From Eledone cirrhosa (taxonomy: Eukaryota), in contig OZ024751.1 in assembly GCA_964016885.1 (NCBI GenBank), positions 39,866,001-39,930,000 of the forward strand: a stretch of DNA of 64,000 nucleotides. Direction: 5' to 3'. Shown here in pieces: positions 61,390 through 64,000 of this stretch. Made by a program: the position numbers and the translations under genes. How positions within the stretch are numbered: position 1 is the stretch's first letter; every line of letters starts with the position of its first letter. Under the pieces are notes generated by a model that was given only the letters and a program-made list of their open reading frames with translations, was not told the origin of the DNA and ran no database searches.

Positions 61390-63755
61390 GGTGGACATGT
61401 GTGTATGTGTGTGTGTGTATGGGGGGACATGTACATATGTGTATGTGTATGTGTGTGGTAGAACATGTACATATATGTGTGTATGTGTGTATGTGTGTAT
61501 GTGTGTATGTATGTTGGGACATGTACATATATGTGTTTATGTGTGTATGTATGTGTCTGTGTATGGTAGGACATGTACATATATGTGTGTATGTGTGTAT
61601 GTGTGTATGTATGTTGGGACATGTACATATATGTGTTTATGTGCGTATGTATGTGTCTGTGTATGGTAGGACATGTACATATATGTGTGTATGTGTGTAT
61701 GTATGTGTCTGTGTATGGTAGGACATGTACATATATGTGTGTATGTGTGTATGTATGTTGGGACATGTACATATATGTGTGTATGTGTGTATGTATGTGT
61801 CTGTGTATGGTAGGACATGTACATATATGTGTGTATGTGTGTATGTATGTTGGGACATGTACATATATGTGTGTATGTGTGTATGTATGTGTCTGTGTAT
61901 GGTAGGACATGTACATATATGTGTGTATGTGTGTATCTATGTTGGGACATGTACATATATGTGTGTATGTGTGTATGTTTGTATGTATGTTGGGACATGT
62001 ACATATATGTGTTTATGTGTGTATGTATGTGTCTGTGTATGGTAGGACATGTACATATATGTGTGTATGTGTGTATGTATGTGTCTGTGTATGGTAGGAC
62101 ATGTACATATATGTGTGTATGTGTGTATGTATGTGTCTGTGTATGGTAGGACATGTACATATATGTGTGTATGTGTGTATGTATGTTGGGACATGTACAT
62201 ATATGTGTGTATGTGTGTATGTATGTGTCTGTGTATGGTAGGACATGTACATATATGTGTGTATGTGTGTATGTATGTTGGGACATGTACATATATGTGT
62301 GTATGTGTGTATGTATGTGTCTGTGTATGGTAGGACATGTACATATATGTGTGTATGTGTGTATGTATGTTGGGACATGTACATATATGTGTGTATGTGT
62401 GTATGTATGTGTCTGTGTATGGTAGGACATGTACATATATGTGTGTATGTGTGTATCTATGTTGGGACATGTACATATATGTGTGTATGTGTGTATGTTT
62501 GTATGTATGTTGGGACATGTACATATATGTGTTTATGTGTGTATGTATGTGTCTGTGTATGGTAGGACATGTACATATATGTGTGTATGTGTGTATGTAT
62601 GTGTCTGTGTATGGTAGGACATGTACATATATGTGTGTATGTGTGTATGTATGTGTCTGTGTATGGTAGGACATGTACATATATGTGTGTATGTGTGTAT
62701 GTATGTTGGGACATGTACATATATGTGTGTATGTGTGTATGTATGTGTCTGTGTATGGTAGGACATGTACATATATGTGTGTATGTGTGTATGTATGTTG
62801 GGACATGTACATATATGTGTGTATGTGTGTATGTATGTGTCTGTGTATGGTAGGACATGTACATATATGTGTGTATGTGTGTATGTATGTTGGGACATGT
62901 ACATATATGTGTGTATGTGTGTATGTATGTGTCTGTGTATGGTAGGACATGTACATATATGTGTGTATGTGTGTATGTATGTGTCTGTGTATGGTAGGAC
63001 ATGTACATATATGTGTGTATGTGTGTATGTATGTGTCTGTGTATGGTAGGACATGTACATATATGTGTGTATGTGTGTATGTATGTTGGGACATGTACAT
63101 ATATGTGTGTATGTGTGTATGTATGTGTCTGTGTATGGTAGGACATGTACATATATGTGTGTATGTGTGTATGTATGTTGGGACATGTACATATATGTGT
63201 GTATGTGTGTATGTATGTGTCTGTGTATGGTAGGACATGTACATATATGTGTGTATGTGTGTATGTATGTTGGGACATGTACATATATGTGTGTATGTGT
63301 GTATGTATGTGTCTGTGTATGGTAGGACATGTACATATATGTGTGTATGTGTGTATGTATGTGTCTGTGTATGGTAGGACATGTACATATATGTGTGTAT
63401 GTGTGTATGTATGTGTCTGTGTATGGTAGGACATGTACATATATGTGTGTATGTGTGTATGTATGTTGGGACATGTACATATATGTGTGTATGTGTGTTT
63501 GTATGTGTCTGTGTATGGTAGGACATGTACATATATGTGTGTATGTGTGTATGTATGTTGGGACATGTACATATATGTGTGTATGTGTGTATGTATGTGT
63601 CTGTGTATGGTAGGACATGTACATATATGTGCGTATGTGTGTATGTGTGTGTGTGTGTGTGTGTGTATGTGTCTGTGTATGGTAGGACATGTACATATAT
63701 GTGTGTATGTTTGTGTGTGTGTGTGCGTGTGTGTATGTGTGCGTGTATGTATGGT
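61390..63755. repeat. Satellite of mostly alternating 52-bp and 40-bp ggacatgtacatatatgtg units with higher-order repeats
   Basis: Units read directly; identical ORF translations recur at offsets of 520 and 380 bp. Confidence 0.93.
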
Positions 63756-64000
63756 GAAATATGTAGATATGTGTATACATATAACATTGCTGTATACTAG
63801 TTGCAACAGCAACAACAACCGCAAATGCAACCACAAAAACTACAACAACAACAACTACAACAACCACAACAACCACAACAACCACAACAACCACAACAAC
63901 TACAACAACAACAACAACAACATTTCCTTAACTATCAACTTCGGAAACTACAGATTGAGGTGAAATCACAGGAAAAGGAAGGAAGAAAAAGTAGATATAT

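Overview
AT-rich, microsatellite-saturated animal genomic DNA; the repeat landscape is typical of an octopod cephalopod (inference, not confirmed). Almost all ORFs in the supplied track are microsatellite artefacts. One real gene is present: the 3' half of an inter-alpha-trypsin inhibitor heavy chain (ITIH)-like gene on the + strand, with exons at 2664-3008, 27371-27490, probably 31993-32037, 34628-34744, 36293-36652 and 41014-41246 (stop), and a 24.4-kb intron. The rest is tRNA-derived SINEs, LINE remnants, a Helitron-like element, a small mariner-type MITE, minisatellites and a satellite with higher-order periodicity. The main unexplained structure is a set of at least 7 sequence-unrelated families of short non-coding elements. 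Almost all sit in or against (TA)n tracts, most are fold-back (inverted arm + sense arm + unique 3' tail) or partial tandems, and they carry minimal type I hammerhead ribozymes (CUGANGA...GAAA-palindrome-UH). One is a 310-bp partial tandem with two identical ribozymes, resembling a retrozyme/circRNA unit. An ~18-copy family keeps only the 3' half of a ribozyme and has a different fold-back point in each copy. I interpret these as non-autonomous Penelope-like/retrozyme elements targeting TA microsatellites. Coordinates and base pairing were read by eye; no folding or database search was run.
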